From NCBI RefSeq assembly GCF_036321535.1, contig NC_087437.1, positions 16,494,001-16,558,000 on the forward strand: 64,000 nucleotides of DNA. The letters are read 5' to 3'. Origin of the DNA: Camelus dromedarius (lineage: Eukaryota). The notes beneath the pieces were generated by a model. That model made no database searches. It was not told where the DNA came from and saw only the letters and a list, made by a program, of their open reading frames with translations. Both the position numbers and the translations under genes were made by a program. Position 1 is the stretch's first letter; every line of letters begins with the position of its first letter. Positions 1-12,150 of the stretch are shown piece after piece.

Positions 1-69
1 GCTATTATTATTGGCAATTAAATATAATTAACAGAATAAATTAAATATATATACACTTATTAATATTAA

Positions 70-95
70 ATATATATATATATATATATATATAT
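70..95. repeat. (TA)n microsatellite
   Basis: Perfect TA run in an AT-rich context. Confidence 0.95.
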
Positions 96-164
96 CTTTC
101 CAAAATTCTTTATTTCATAAAATTGGAACATTTGTTGGCAACCTAATACACAAACCCAAGTCCA

Positions 165-387
165 TGAACAGAAATTCTTCTTCTCCAAGGAAATCTTATT
201 TTTGCTCTTAAGGTCTTTCTACTGATTACAAGAGGCCCACTTAGATCATCAAAAGGATAATCTCCTTTACTTAAAGTCAATTGACTGTAGGTGTTAACCA
301 CATCTACAAAATACCCTCACAGCAACACCTAGATTCATTTATTCAAATAGCAAGGTACTATAGTTGACACATAAACTGACCATCACA
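165..387 (-). mobile_element. MLT2-type ERVL LTR fragment
   Basis: Reverse complement begins TGTGATGGTCAGTTTATGTGTCAAC, like the MLT2 5' end; internal aaagtcaattgactgtagg...aaaataccctcacagcaacacctagatt also matches the recalled consensus. Confidence 0.75.
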
Positions 388-472
388 GTTGGGTTAGAGG
401 AAACGAAGTATGTCCCAAGCAAAGGGACAGTGGGTGCAAAGGCACAGACGGAAGCTACAGAGCTATGTTGGG

Positions 473-583
473 ATGTGTGTGGGTGTGTGTGTATGTCTGA
501 GTGTATCTGAGTGTGTGTGTGTGAGTGGGTCTGTGTGTGTATCTTTTTCTGTGTGGGTGAGTGTGTGTGTCTGTGTGTGTGTG
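473..583. repeat. Imperfect (TG)n microsatellite
   Basis: Interrupted TG runs; explains the His/Thr- and Cys/Val-rich spurious ORFs. Confidence 0.9.
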
Positions 584-1863
584 TTGGTGGAAGGGCAGAG
601 GAGTGCGCAGAAGCAAAAGTGTGCGCCAAGAGGCAGCAGAAGCTGAATCTACAGAGGTGAGCAAGGTCTTACCCGCCACGCTGAGGAGCTTTACTTTACA
701 CTGAGGCCTAAAGCAGGTCAGAATCATCTCGAATCCCCTAGGCACGTACCATATTTGAAAACACAAATTCTTTGGCCCCCTCCCAGATCCAGTTAATCAG
801 ATGAAACCAGAAACCTGTACTATTAAAAAGCCCCATTTTTCCTCCAATCTGATGACTAGGTTGAGAATCCCTTCTTTAGACAAAGGAAGCCATTGAAATA
901 TTAAATGACAAGGTCTAAATTTTGTTGTCATATAATGATCTTCCTGGTTTAAGTGTTTGTGATTTTGACGTGAATAGGATAACTTTTCTGTAGTGGTTCC
1001 AAACATCAATGCAGGTGGAACGTGCCTGAGAAAGACTTGGCTAAGATCCTCCTCAAGATGCTTATCTTTGTAGACACAACCTAATTGGGATCAGAAGGGC
1101 TGGGGAGCTAGGAGGCAGAAGGATGGAGTTCTCTGTCTCTGTGAACTTCATTTTCACAGAGATCCAATCACTCATCAAGCATTCATTTGAGGCTTACAGA
1201 GTACCCAGTCCATGCCAGTCTCAGTGGGGGACAGGAGGACAGCAGATGCCAGCTTACAATTTCACAGACACATGTCTCTGAAACACACAGTTTTGAAAAG
1301 AGCAGAACACAGAGCTCTTTTAAGGCAATATTTAAGACAAGCATGAGGCAAGATGGTACAGATGCAAAGCATACATGTCACAGACCTTGTCTTGTTTAAC
1401 AAGGAAACTCACACAAAGTGCCTAAAACACACCTGGCACATAGGCAGCATTAAATAAATGTTGGTGCCTTGCCTTCCTGAGTTACTAATGCCACCACTCC
1501 CTTTTCAGGAGTGATAGTCTTTGGGATCCTGGAATAAATTTTTAAAAGGAAACAGCATGTCTAGCTTCTAGAATTGTAGGAGATTTTATTAATATAATGG
1601 TGTTCATCTGGTTGACATAGGAGACAGAGCAATGGATGTGCGTAGTTGAGCTCCAAAATAGATGTTCCAGACAAGGCTTCCATGGGAAATAGAAGTACCC
1701 TTTTCTCAGGACATTTGTCAGTCCTCTCTCAATTTAGACCCCTTTAAGCAGACCCTAGGAAATGCTCAGGATCATCACCACCACCTCCAACCCCAGAGAA
1801 CAGTGTTTTTTTCTGGGGAAGTCCTCGTTGTTTGAGAGCCTTGCAATATTCAGTACTAAAGGG

Positions 1864-2098
1864 TTTTTTTTTTTAAGTATATACATACATATATATTGTT
1901 ATTGAAGTATAGTCAGTTTTGCATCCACTTCTGGTGTACAGCATAATGTTTCAGTCATATATGAACATACATATATTCATTTTCATATTCTTTTTCATCA
2001 TAAGTTACTATAAGATATTGAATATAGTTCCCTGTGCTATACAATTTGAACTTGTTGTTTATCTATTTTCTACGTAGTAGTTAGTATCTGCAAATCTC
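1864..2098 (-). mobile_element. Young L1 3' end, 5'-truncated
   Basis: T-run followed by attgaagtatagtcag...gatattgaatatagttccctgtgctatac; homologous to copies at 8978, 28594, 58034 and 60972. Confidence 0.85.
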
Positions 2099-2699
2099 TT
2101 TAATCATCTCTCATGTCCAGTCTCAATAGTTCAAACTCAGATTCACATGTATCTTGCATGTCAACAAAGGAAGTGAACCTTCCTCAGAGAGTAGGCTACA
2201 GGTTAGCCAAGGATGGTTTTTAAGACGATAGTAAAGTGCCAGAGCTAAGGATGGAAAATATCTCCAACCTGCAGCACCTCTGAGCTCAGACACACCCAGG
2301 CCCAGGGTTGCTCTCCCAACTCTAGATGAAACCATTCTCAAAACAAGGTCCTAAGCTGTGAAGTGACTCTATGGTATATCCCTGAATTTCCCCATCTTGT
2401 AAAGAGTATGTGGATTCACCCCCCTCATCTCTTACCCTTAGTTCTTACCACCTCATATGAGGAGGGACTTCCCTCTTCGATTACTGGGTAAAGCAAGCAT
2501 CACCTTCTCCGCCAACTGGGTCTTCAGGCCCACGACCTGTGCTGGCCCTCCTCTGGTCATGTTCACACTCACCTGCCCCTCCGCATAGCTGTGATTCTTC
2601 AAGGGCCCAACATAGTGAGACTGAATTAACAGAAAGGATCTAAGAGTCCAAGGACTGAATTAAATGACTGTAATTCAGGAAAGGATGTCAGCTAAAATC

Positions 2700-4178
2700 T
2701 GACACTCAAGAAAAAAAGAGAATAAAATATTCATAAAGTTTAAATCTTGATAAATAAATTCTTGACTGTGGCTCCCAGAAAGATACACAGTGAAACACAA
2801 GAGAACTCCCCCAATATAATATGCAGACTTTTTGCTAAGATGTTTGCCCTGAAAGGTGGACAAAAGGAGGATTCAGACCCTAAGACTCTAGCACAAAACT
2901 CAGATACAAATACTTGAGGACCACCTTCTCTTCTCAGAGAAGCAGTTCGCTCCATGGATTGAGCCAAGTCCCAGTTTCTGAGAAAGGCCTAGACACACTC
3001 TGAAAAGAACTCAACTGGCTGACAATACTGTGGGATACAGGTGGGTCCAATATTCTAAGGAGACTGTCCCTGAGCTGATCCTCACTCAGAATTCCAGGCT
3101 CTATCTTAAAACGACATTAGATAAATACTGAAAGAGACATGCTTCTATTGTAACACAGCAGCCCTCCTGCCAAGAGCAACTAAAAATAATAAGGGGAAAA
3201 ATCCATTTTAAGACACCAGAGACACATCAAGCCCTAGGACTTAAAGGCTCAAGAACCTGGAGAGAAGAGAAATTCACTGAGGTGAGTTCTAATATTCTAT
3301 TTCACTTTTTCCTTCAAGGCACTTGCCACTTCTTAAGTGATGTAGCAAGTCAAGCAGAAAGCAGCTGGTAAGTACCTGAGAACCTGACAGACCTTTAGGC
3401 AGTGTCATAGGTACATATGGGGAAAAACTGGAGTTCAGGACTGCAAGGTAACCAGGACACATGATTCCAGAAACCCAGAGAGAAAAGAAATGCAGAGAGT
3501 GAAGCCAACATCTTGCACAACTTTTCTACTCAAGGTTTTACTAATTCCTAAAAAAGGCATGTTGGGCAGAAAAGAGAATCGAAGATGCTCAGCAGACAAA
3601 TAGAGCTTTGGGCAGGCTCATTAGGCAGGGAGAGGACGGGAGATTAAACACCAGGATCCCTCCACAGAAGACACTCCTCTCACTTGAGATGCATGAAGGG
3701 CTAAATCCTGGGGGCCAATGCAGTCAGGGATTAGGCTGTTTGGAGGTTGGGTTTCAGTCCTCCACCTTGACAAAAGAAGAATTCATAGTCTAAAAGGTGG
3801 ATCTATTGAAAATATTCAGACAGAAGTACAGAGAGAGATTTAAAAATAGAAAAAACAGAAAAGAATGAAATAAATAGTATTCTTCACCACACTAACAGAA
3901 CAAAAAGGAAACCCATAGGATCACCTCAACAGATACAGAACATCTGTCACTAATTCATGAGTAAATAAAAGAAACAGACCTCTCACCACCACACCTCCCC
4001 ACAAAAAACCTTTCCCCTAAGACTGAGAACAAAGCAAGAATGTCTGCTCTCACTTCTGTTAACATCAAACTGGATGTCCCGGCCAGTGCAATAAGGCAAG
4101 ATAAAGAAATAAATGGCATACAAATTGAAAAGGAAGCAAATCTTTATTCATAGATGACATGATTATTTACATAGGAAT
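2700..4178 (+). mobile_element. Old L1 fragments (5'/ORF1 region plus ORF2 RT piece)
   Basis: 4141-4176 translates SLFIDDMIIYIG (L1 RT motif LFADDMIVY), preceded by gccagtgcaataaggcaagataaagaaataaatggcata. The upstream part is more degenerate and less certain. Confidence 0.65.
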
Positions 4179-4499
4179 TTTTCCACCGATGTTCACACTG
4201 CAGAACCTGCATGACGCTCCTTTCCTCTACAACCCCAACACCTCTCCTTTTTAAGGACCAACTCAAATACATCTGCCTCATTAAAGCCTGCCCTGGAACT
4301 TCCAGCCTCAAATACTCTCCCCTTTGTCTAAGTTTTTACTTTAGCTCAATTCAATAAATAATTTAACTCCTAGTATATACTGGACACTGGGGATTCCCAT
4401 AGAATTTTATTTACCCATTTCTATGACATTTACCACTTCACAAAGGAAAGACACCATACATAATTACTTGCCACTTAATTTGAAGTTGTATCCTAAAGA

Positions 4500-4760
4500 T
4501 CTATGGTAGACCTTCCTCCTTCTTCTTAACCTTTGTGTAATTTTCACTGTATGACTTCAATCTCCATTTACTTCCCTATTGGACATTTAGGTTGTTTGCA
4601 CTATTATATTATAAACAATACTGTCATTACTGTCATTGTATATGCCCTTTCTGTGGACATGAATGAATGTCCATCTGGGGTACAAACCAAGAAATGGAAA
4701 TTCTGGATCAGAGTACGTCCACTTTTTTTCTTTACTAGATGTTGCCAGATTGCCTTCTAA
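4500..4760 (-). mobile_element. L1M 3' end fragment
   Basis: ctattggacatttaggttgtttgcactatt...ataaacaatactg...gaaatggaaattctggatca matches an old L1 3' end in antisense. Confidence 0.65.
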
Positions 4761-4870
4761 AACCCCCCTGAAGGCAGAATCTTGATCAAATTCATCTCAG
4801 TATTCTGCCCCTAGCTCTGAGCTGTTCACAGAGTAAGTACTAAGTTGATGGATGCAAGAATGCGTGGTTA

Positions 4871-5504
4871 CATTACCGAACCAAACTTGGGTCCACTCGC
4901 TCACACGCAGTAAAGCCAATCTACTGATACTAGGTTGTGGTGAAGGAAGGTGCAGCATTTACTGCAGGGTGTCAAGCAAGTAGTCCAGGTGGCTAGTGCT
5001 CAAAAGACCCGAACTCCATGATGGCTTTCAGGGAAAGGTTTTTAAAGATAAGGTGAGGGAGGGGTTTTGGGGTGCATGATCAACTCGTGGACATTCTTCT
5101 GATTGGTTGGTGGTGAGGTAACCAGGAGTCAACATCATCAACCTTCTGGTTCCATCTGGTCTGGGGTTTACGTGCTTGTGGGCAGCACATAGTTAACTTC
5201 TTCCACATGGTAAGGGTTTCAGTATCTGCAAAACAGCTCGAAGGATATGGTTTGGAATATTATCTATAGCCCTGGAGGAGGAACTAAAGGTCCTTGACTT
5301 TGTTTCGTGGCTAAACTATTATTTTGTCTTGCTTGACTATTTTCCTTTCTTTCTGCATTTTCTTGCTTCTCTGATTAAACTGACTCTTTTGGAACTCAGG
5401 GAAGGCCTAGGAGGCTAAAATTTTTCTACAGACAAGAGGCAGGTGGAGGACATGGTTGGAGGGTTCATTCCAGAGAAGGCCCCATAAGGGCCTGCTCCCT
5501 TACA
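4871..5504 (-). mobile_element. ERV1-class solo LTR
   Basis: 634 bp flanked by a 4-bp direct repeat GTTA (4867-4870, 5505-5508). Minus strand starts TGTAA; degenerate polyA signal near 4958. Confidence 0.8.
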
Positions 5505-6795
5505 GTTATACTGAAAATATTCTGAATCATTTCTCTGACCCACCACGTAAGTACTTGCAATATTGAACTTTTCATGAATGCCTTGTCTAGGTTTCAACTC
5601 CTAAACCATATGCACCATGTCTTCTACTTTTCTGCATCACACAGCAACTAGCACCTATCAGGTGTTTAAAATATACGTGTTTGTTGAATCATTGAGTAGA
5701 TTTGTTTTACGTTAATAGTAAACTAAGTTGGGGAAATAATCATTGTGATTATAGCAACATACAATAAACATCAAATAAGAATGACACTGCCCAGGCCAAT
5801 TACTATGGGAAGAGCTCTAGGCAGTGGACATGTTTCTCTAGACCAAATGACACAGTAATGGTGGTCATTAAATGGGAGCACAAAACGACTGGCTAAGGGC
5901 CATTCCTCTTCAGTAGCAATATGTCACCAGTGAGAGATGGTGGAATTGCACTAGGGAGGGGAAGGTGGTTCCATTCCACATTAACGGAGCTCTCAATGTT
6001 CTGATGATGTGCAAATGGGCCACATAAAGCATTTCAAGGCAAGGGCGGCAGTGGTGAGAAAGAGACTTGCGCTCGTCCTGCCTCAGTGATGTTAAGAAGC
6101 AATGTATCAGAGCTTGTTTATGAGTCGGACTCATTTCATGCCCAGACGAGTAGGGCTTGGGCCCATCACACATCTCCAAAGCGGCCTCCAAAAAACCCCA
6201 CCATCTGAACCCACCTCATTCTAAGAGCATCGATTCTTAGAAGCCTCAGTCTCGGAGACGAAATGAATCTGAATCATCACAGCAAGAGAAATGCTACCCT
6301 CTCATTTCCACAAGTGTCCGTTTCTTCCAAGTTTTTCTAATCATTTTCTCATTAGCCTCATTCTCAATCTCACCATCATTATTATTCTGTTTATGTAACG
6401 TCACTCACCGAGCACCTTCCAGACTCCTTCCCACCAGCATGCACAATACATTCCAATTATGTAATTATGCCATCGTAATCAAATCATTAAGATTCACATT
6501 AAACATGTATAAAGGTTCATAAGAAAAAAAAAAAAAAGAAAAAATGAGCACTAGACACAGACACTAAGAGGGAGGGAAGCAGACAAGCATGCTTGTAATT
6601 GTAACTTGCTTTTAATAAGCCCATGACTACAGATTTAGGGTCTTGAAAGGATTTTATAACTGAGAAGAAGTGGTTGATTTCTAAAAAATGAAAAGCAACT
6701 CTTCCCTCTCTACCCCTGTGATTCCACTGAGTTAATCCTTTGACTATGAAATGAATTCTAGGAAACAGTTCAAGACAAGGTCACTGAATTTGGGG

Positions 6796-6835
6796 CACGC
6801 ACACACACACGCACGCGCGCGCACACACACACACA
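6796..6835. repeat. Mixed (CA)n/(CG)n alternating purine-pyrimidine tract
   Basis: cacgcacacacacacgcacgcgcgcgcacacacacacaca. Confidence 0.9.
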
Positions 6836-7149
6836 GAGGGAATGAAACTAAAAGGGCTGTCCAGGAGACTTGCCAGTACTCACAGACCTGGGAGAAATAA
6901 TATTGCACCTGTGACGAATCTCAATTTACTAACTGATTTGAGTGGTGTGTGATATGTACATAATCAATTAAGAAATACAAGACCAGACTTCCTGATGTTG
7001 GTTCTTTCCTACTGGAGATGGTTCCTACAGCGTTGCCCGCTGACAACAGGCAGAAGGTCCGGGTGCCCTGAGCTGGGTTGCGTAAGTCCAGTAAGGCCAG
7101 TGATTTACATCTCCTATTAGAGACCCTTGGTGAAAGAGGGCTTTAAAAT

Positions 7150-7275
7150 AATACTGAATACCACTGTGCAGGTCCCACCCAGGACTACTGAGTCAGGAAC
7201 CTGATGCGGGGCTACCAATCTGTTTCAACAAGCTCGACAGGAAATTCTTAATGACACTAAAGTTTGAGGACCAAG
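7150..7275. mobile_element. MER5A-like hAT-Charlie MITE fragment
   Basis: caggtcccacccaggactactgagtcaggaacc...aacaagctc...attcttaatgacactaaagtttgaggacca. Confidence 0.65.
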
Positions 7276-7491
7276 CCTGGATGATGGACGGAAGGAAAAA
7301 GACACATTTAAGAGGTACTCACCATGCTGTAGCCACTGGGCTAGACACTTGAGATATATCACTGCATTTAATTTTCCAATAATTTATTTATTCACTCAAT
7401 AGACGTATCCTGCCTAAGCCAAGACCTCATTAGATGCTGAAAATATAAAGATGCCTAAAATACAAATGCCTACCTGCAAGGAGACTTAAGT

Positions 7492-7492
7492 A

Positions 7493-7550
<58 letters not shown>
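7492..7550. repeat. Compound (CA)n(TA)n microsatellite
   Basis: (CA)20 at 7501-7540 followed by (TA)5. Confidence 0.95.
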
Positions 7551-7619
7551 AAATTTTATGTAAGTTTTAGATAATTATAATCTTAATTATAATTATCTAT
7601 AATAAATAGATAACTATAA

Positions 7620-7835
7620 AGTGGTAACTGTAATTGTCACATACTGAGTGCTGATCATGTGTCTAAGTCTCTGCCGAGTACTTTACCTGTGTTACCTCTA
7701 CTCCTCACAGCAACCTTAGGGGACAGGGGATGTTACTGCCAGTTCCCATTTGAGGAAGCTGGAGATTTAAACACCCAAAGTCACATAGCTCACAAGTGGC
7801 AAAGGTGGGATTGAACCACATTCTTAATTTCTCAC
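7620..7835 (-). mobile_element. MIR SINE
   Basis: actgagtgct...ctcctcacagcaacc...cccatttgaggaagctggag...cccaaagtcacatagct...ggattgaacc, MIR core in antisense. Confidence 0.7.
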
Positions 7836-7844
7836 TATTGCAGC

Positions 7845-8135
7845 ACTAGTCCCTAACCTACGGGCCCAATTCTCGTAAGTGCTATCTCGGAGGAGTCAAA
7901 AAAACCCTAAGCAATTTCTGCAGCCTGATTACATGGCAGGCCCAGTTCCTATGTACACTGTTATTTTTCAAGTGTTACCAGTGCTATCGCGCTTAATAAA
8001 ATACTGACTACACAGTCATTGTTCTCATTTGTATTTTTCTTAAGATACTATACGTACTGTTACTATTTTGTGGGAGACTGCAAAATGTGGGGCTGTCAAA
8101 AAGAAATCTTATTTGGAAACGTTGGGAACCATATG
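7845..8135. mobile_element. hAT-Charlie-like DNA transposon remnant
   Basis: Ends resemble the Charlie TIR (ctagtccctaacc ... gttgggaacca). Confidence 0.4.
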
Positions 8136-8469
8136 TTTCCATATGGCACTCTACCATACAACATTGAGAGGGTATGAAGTCTTTTTCAAATGCGAATAAT
8201 GTATGACTTAATCTCTGTTAAAATAAACAAAAGTGTATGCGCACTCCCCAAATCTATGGATGCTCTCAAAATCTAGTTTGAGAGCCACAGCATTAAAAAT
8301 TAAACACTTTCACTTAATGAGACCACTCAGTGACAATTTGATTTTAAACATAAATACCAATGCATTTGGACTTAAAGTACACTAAAAAAAATTACCCATG
8401 GCAAATACAAAGAGAGCTTCCAAAGTGTTTGACAAAGAGACCATGTAAATAATTCAGAATGCTCCTGTT

Positions 8470-9550
8470 GTAAGACCCTTGTTTTTGCCTGGGACCTCTT
8501 CGAGGAACCATCCTTTATTTATTGTACTTGTGGTCCAAGTGGTGCTGATGCTACCCTAATTTTCCAGTCTGGGTTCACAGTCCCCGCCTGTCAGTCAGAG
8601 AACCTGAACCCCAGACCCTGGTCACAGTGGTTCGTGCAGGAATGGGCATGTGGCCAAGCTAAGCCAGGGCAGTCAGAGCCTTGCCCAAGGCTTCTAGTGG
8701 AATTGTCAGAAGGATGCATTCTACAGTTGCTGCAATACCAACTATAAGAACTGCATCAGCCAAGAACTGCAGACGACCACCTCGCCACCACACAGAGAGC
8801 CTATTTGAGAATGAAGCTAATCCTGAGAACACATAAGCCAAGAGACAGAGAAAAATCTGCAGATTCCTAGTGATGCTGCTTGAACTTCCTGATCTAAGAT
8901 CATCTAAGGACACCGACACTCCTTTTACTTACTGAACATAGACCAATATCTTTTCTGGGTTGTTTTTTTTTTTTAAGAAAACTCTTTTGATTTGTTTTTT
9001 TATTTGACGTACAGTTGTGTTAATTTCTAGGGTACAGCATAGTGATTCAGTTATATATTTATATACATATATATATATATATATATACATTTTCATATTC
9101 TTTTTCATTATAAGCCATTACAAGGTATTGAATATAATTCCCTGTGCTGTACAGTAGGACCTTGTTGTTTATCTATTTTGTATATGGTAGTTAGTATCTA
9201 CAAATCCTGAGCTCCCAATTTAATCCTCCCCACCCCCTTTCCCCTCTGTTAAGCATAAGTTTGTTTTCTATGTCTGTGAGTCTATCTCTGTTTTATAAAT
9301 AAGTTCATTTGTGTCCTTTTTTTTCCCTAAGATTTCCACATATAAGTGATATCATATGATATTTTTCTTTTTCTTTCTGGCTTGCTTTACTTATTATGAT
9401 GATCTCCAGATCCATCCATGTTGATACAAATGGCATTATTTTATTCTTTTTTATGGCTGAGTAGTATTCCATTGTACCTAGATCCCTGGGGGTTTTTTTT
9501 AAGCTGGTTTGAATCGGTTTTCTTTCTCTTACAAGGGTCCTAACCAGTAT
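8470..9550 (+). mobile_element. MLT1J/K-like MaLR LTR split by an L1
   Basis: gagaatgaagctaa...gccaagagacagag...ttgaacttcctgatc; resumes after the L1 as ttaagctggtttgaatcggttttc...gtcctaaccagta. Confidence 0.6.
8978..9476 (-). mobile_element. Young L1 3' end
   Basis: tttctagggtacagcatagtgattcag...ccatccatgttgatacaaatggcattattttattcttttttatggctgagtagtattccattgt. Confidence 0.9.
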
Positions 9551-10790
9551 GTAAGTCAGTACTAGGTTGGGATGTTATAAGTGACAGATCTACATGGAAG
9601 TGGCTAAATTTAGGTGAACTTAGATACAGTGAGGTTCTCCCTCCCCATATATAAGCTGGCAATCCTTTTTACAGGCTTGCATAAGAGCTGGTTAAAGGGC
9701 CACATGCTATACTTCGGGATTCTAATTGAAAGAAAAAAAGATCATGATGTTAGAGTTTCTATTTCAATACAAGCTGGCTAATCTGAAAGCAGAAAGGGAC
9801 AGCTACAGAGTCTTGCTAAGAGACAATGGCCAGCAATCTAAGAGGGCAAAGAGTTAGATATTATCTCCCCAGAGCTAAAGCTACTGTAAGTAAAGGTAAT
9901 TCGATGGGAAGCACAGAGGCAATTAAGATTGAGACCTAGAAGAAACCAGGAATGTGAAGTGAGCCTAGGGGCTCAGGCCCCTTCCAACACCTCCAAGGTT
10001 TCACTTGCTGCTCAAAAAAATACAATCACCCCATTGTAAAGAGCCCCAATGAAGGGCACATAGGCCTTGCCTCAATCCGTTGCCTGAGAAGACAAAATGG
10101 AAGCAGGTAAGCCCAGGGCGAGGAGCACACACAGAGCTCTTGTACCCGTTGCTAAGAGACAGACACGATAAAAACAGGGTCAAAATCCATAGACCATGAC
10201 TCCATAAGATCTCTGGGGTTTGGTTACTATCCCTTGAAGCTTCTGGAAAGCCAACTGACTGGCTAATTGGTCCAACTTCAAGTCCTGAATATAAAGACCT
10301 GTGATTGCTCGGTCCCTAAGATCAGCCCCAATGTCCTAGACTCCCTAGGACAGGAAGTGAACTATGACAATTAATATAGCTCCTAGAAAAGGAATACATC
10401 CCCCTGTCTATCTTACACAAGGTTGTGGAGAATAATAGACAAGGGAAATGATTTTAAAGCAGATGAAGGACAGCCATTTAGACCCAGCTGGGAACTCCTT
10501 CCACGACCACTTCGGGGTGTCCTTGGAGTGTTCACCCGGGAGGGTATAATACATGATATTCACTAGTGCCCACAGCATTAGTTCCCCGTTGCTTAGTCTT
10601 TCCCCCAAAGAGGTATCTTATTATGACTATATGCTTTTGCCTCCACCACTTCCTTTCTGGTATGCTGGGAGTGATTAAAGGTATGATTTGATCTCGGTTT
10701 GTGTTTGAAGAGGCAACAGACAATAGAGGCAATGAGGTGGAGGGTGGGCAAGACTGACATGTAAATGGAGCATCAATGGACTCCATAATA
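9551..10790 (+). mobile_element. Possible MaLR internal (MLT1-int) sequence
   Basis: Directly follows the LTR end and opens with agtactaggttgggatgttataagtgacaga..atggaagtggct, like the MLT1-int start; the remainder is not verified. Confidence 0.35.
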
Positions 10791-10999
10791 CACTATTTCT
10801 TTAAAAAAAAAAAAAGTCTGTAGAAAAAAACATTTAGGGACGGTTATTGTTTTCATTGTAAAAAAAAATGTATTGGGTTGTGGGGAGTGCGTATGGTATA
10901 CTTTTAGTTTGGTGCTGGTTTAAGAGTCAGACTTAGATTTGAATCAAGTCTTTTGCCTTCCCTACCACGCAAAGGAAACTACTTCTCTTAGATTGATAC

Positions 11000-12150
11000 G
11001 TTGTTTTCTTTTTCTGTTTTTATACTTTTACTACCTTTGCACAAGTTCATATATAACATATAATATTTATTGATATTTTTAAACTTACATAAATAGTATG
11101 CTACATGGATCCTTGAGAAAGTGTGACTTTCTCACTCATTATCACATTTTTAAAATTTATACATTTGAGACAGGAGGGAAGGGGGCAGGGCACAGCCATT
11201 CAAGGAATGACAGCAATTAACACCAAAAGGGTAGAGATTCAACCCCCAGTAGGCCTTGAGGTTCAAGATGGCAGTAGGTTTGACTTCTAGTAGATCTTGA
11301 GTTTCATTATGCATTCATTGTAATATATTAGCATGGTGAATAACATGCCCACAGGCACCATGACAGCTCCAAGGCTAATCATAAGGGGTCAAAGAGTGGG
11401 CTGTGGCCCAATTCCTGGGAATCCCACTCCCTTCCCCAGGGTAGTTGGAATGGTCTTCCTGCTTGTTGGCATGTGAAGCTACTGAGCTCATAAAAATTAG
11501 TAACACCGCACCTCATGGCCTCCTCTCACTCCCTCATCTTCAGAGAAGCCCTGCACTACGGCGTGGGTATCCACTTTTACTTTAACCTGAGCACCCAACC
11601 CTTACACCTCATGGCCTTTCTCCTGCCTTCCAAAACAGCCTACACTGTATGTAGTATTTATCTCTCTAAATAAGTCTATCTTTACTCCACTGTGGCTCTC
11701 TCTTGAATTCTTTCCTACGCGAAGTCAAAGACCCACATCTGGCGGAGCACATCCCAGGGACTCAACGGAGACCTGGGACGTGGCCCACCTCTCACCCCAC
11801 ATTCATTTTTCCTGCACCACATTTAGATACGTTCATTCATTTTAATGACTTGATAGTATTTTAATATATGGATAAATCAGATCACCCTTTACTTATTCAT
11901 CTCCATTCTGACTTACCATTTGGAGGTTTTCTATTATGATTATAATTTGTTTTTACAAACAATAGGGCAGTGAACATCTCTGGGCATATCTTCTTATATA
12001 CATGTAAGAGAATTTTCTAGAGCTTGCTGGGTGTAGTGTTTGCCCATCTTCAAATGTACTGGGTCTTGCTAAATTGCTCCGCTGTAGTTTTACCATTTGT
12101 CACTCCTGCCAGTAGCAGATAGGAATTCCTGCTTGTGGTGTCTCCTGACC
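11000..12150 (-). mobile_element. Old L1M 3' end split by an LTR
   Basis: ctttctcactcattatcacatttt | ttcattcattttaatg...tagtatt...ttacaaacaatagggcagtgaacatct...gctaaattgctc. Confidence 0.65.
11166..11819 (+). mobile_element. MER41-like ERV1 solo LTR
   Basis: TG...CA termini with 4-bp TSD CATT (11162-11165, 11820-11823). Internal attagcatg..cccacaggcaccatgacag and ttgaattctttcctacgcgaagtcaaagaccc resemble MER41. Confidence 0.75.

Noticed and set aside
339..766. His/Thr- and Cys/Val-rich ORFs (similarly 56247-56594 and 56787-57038)
   Set aside because: Translations of microsatellites.
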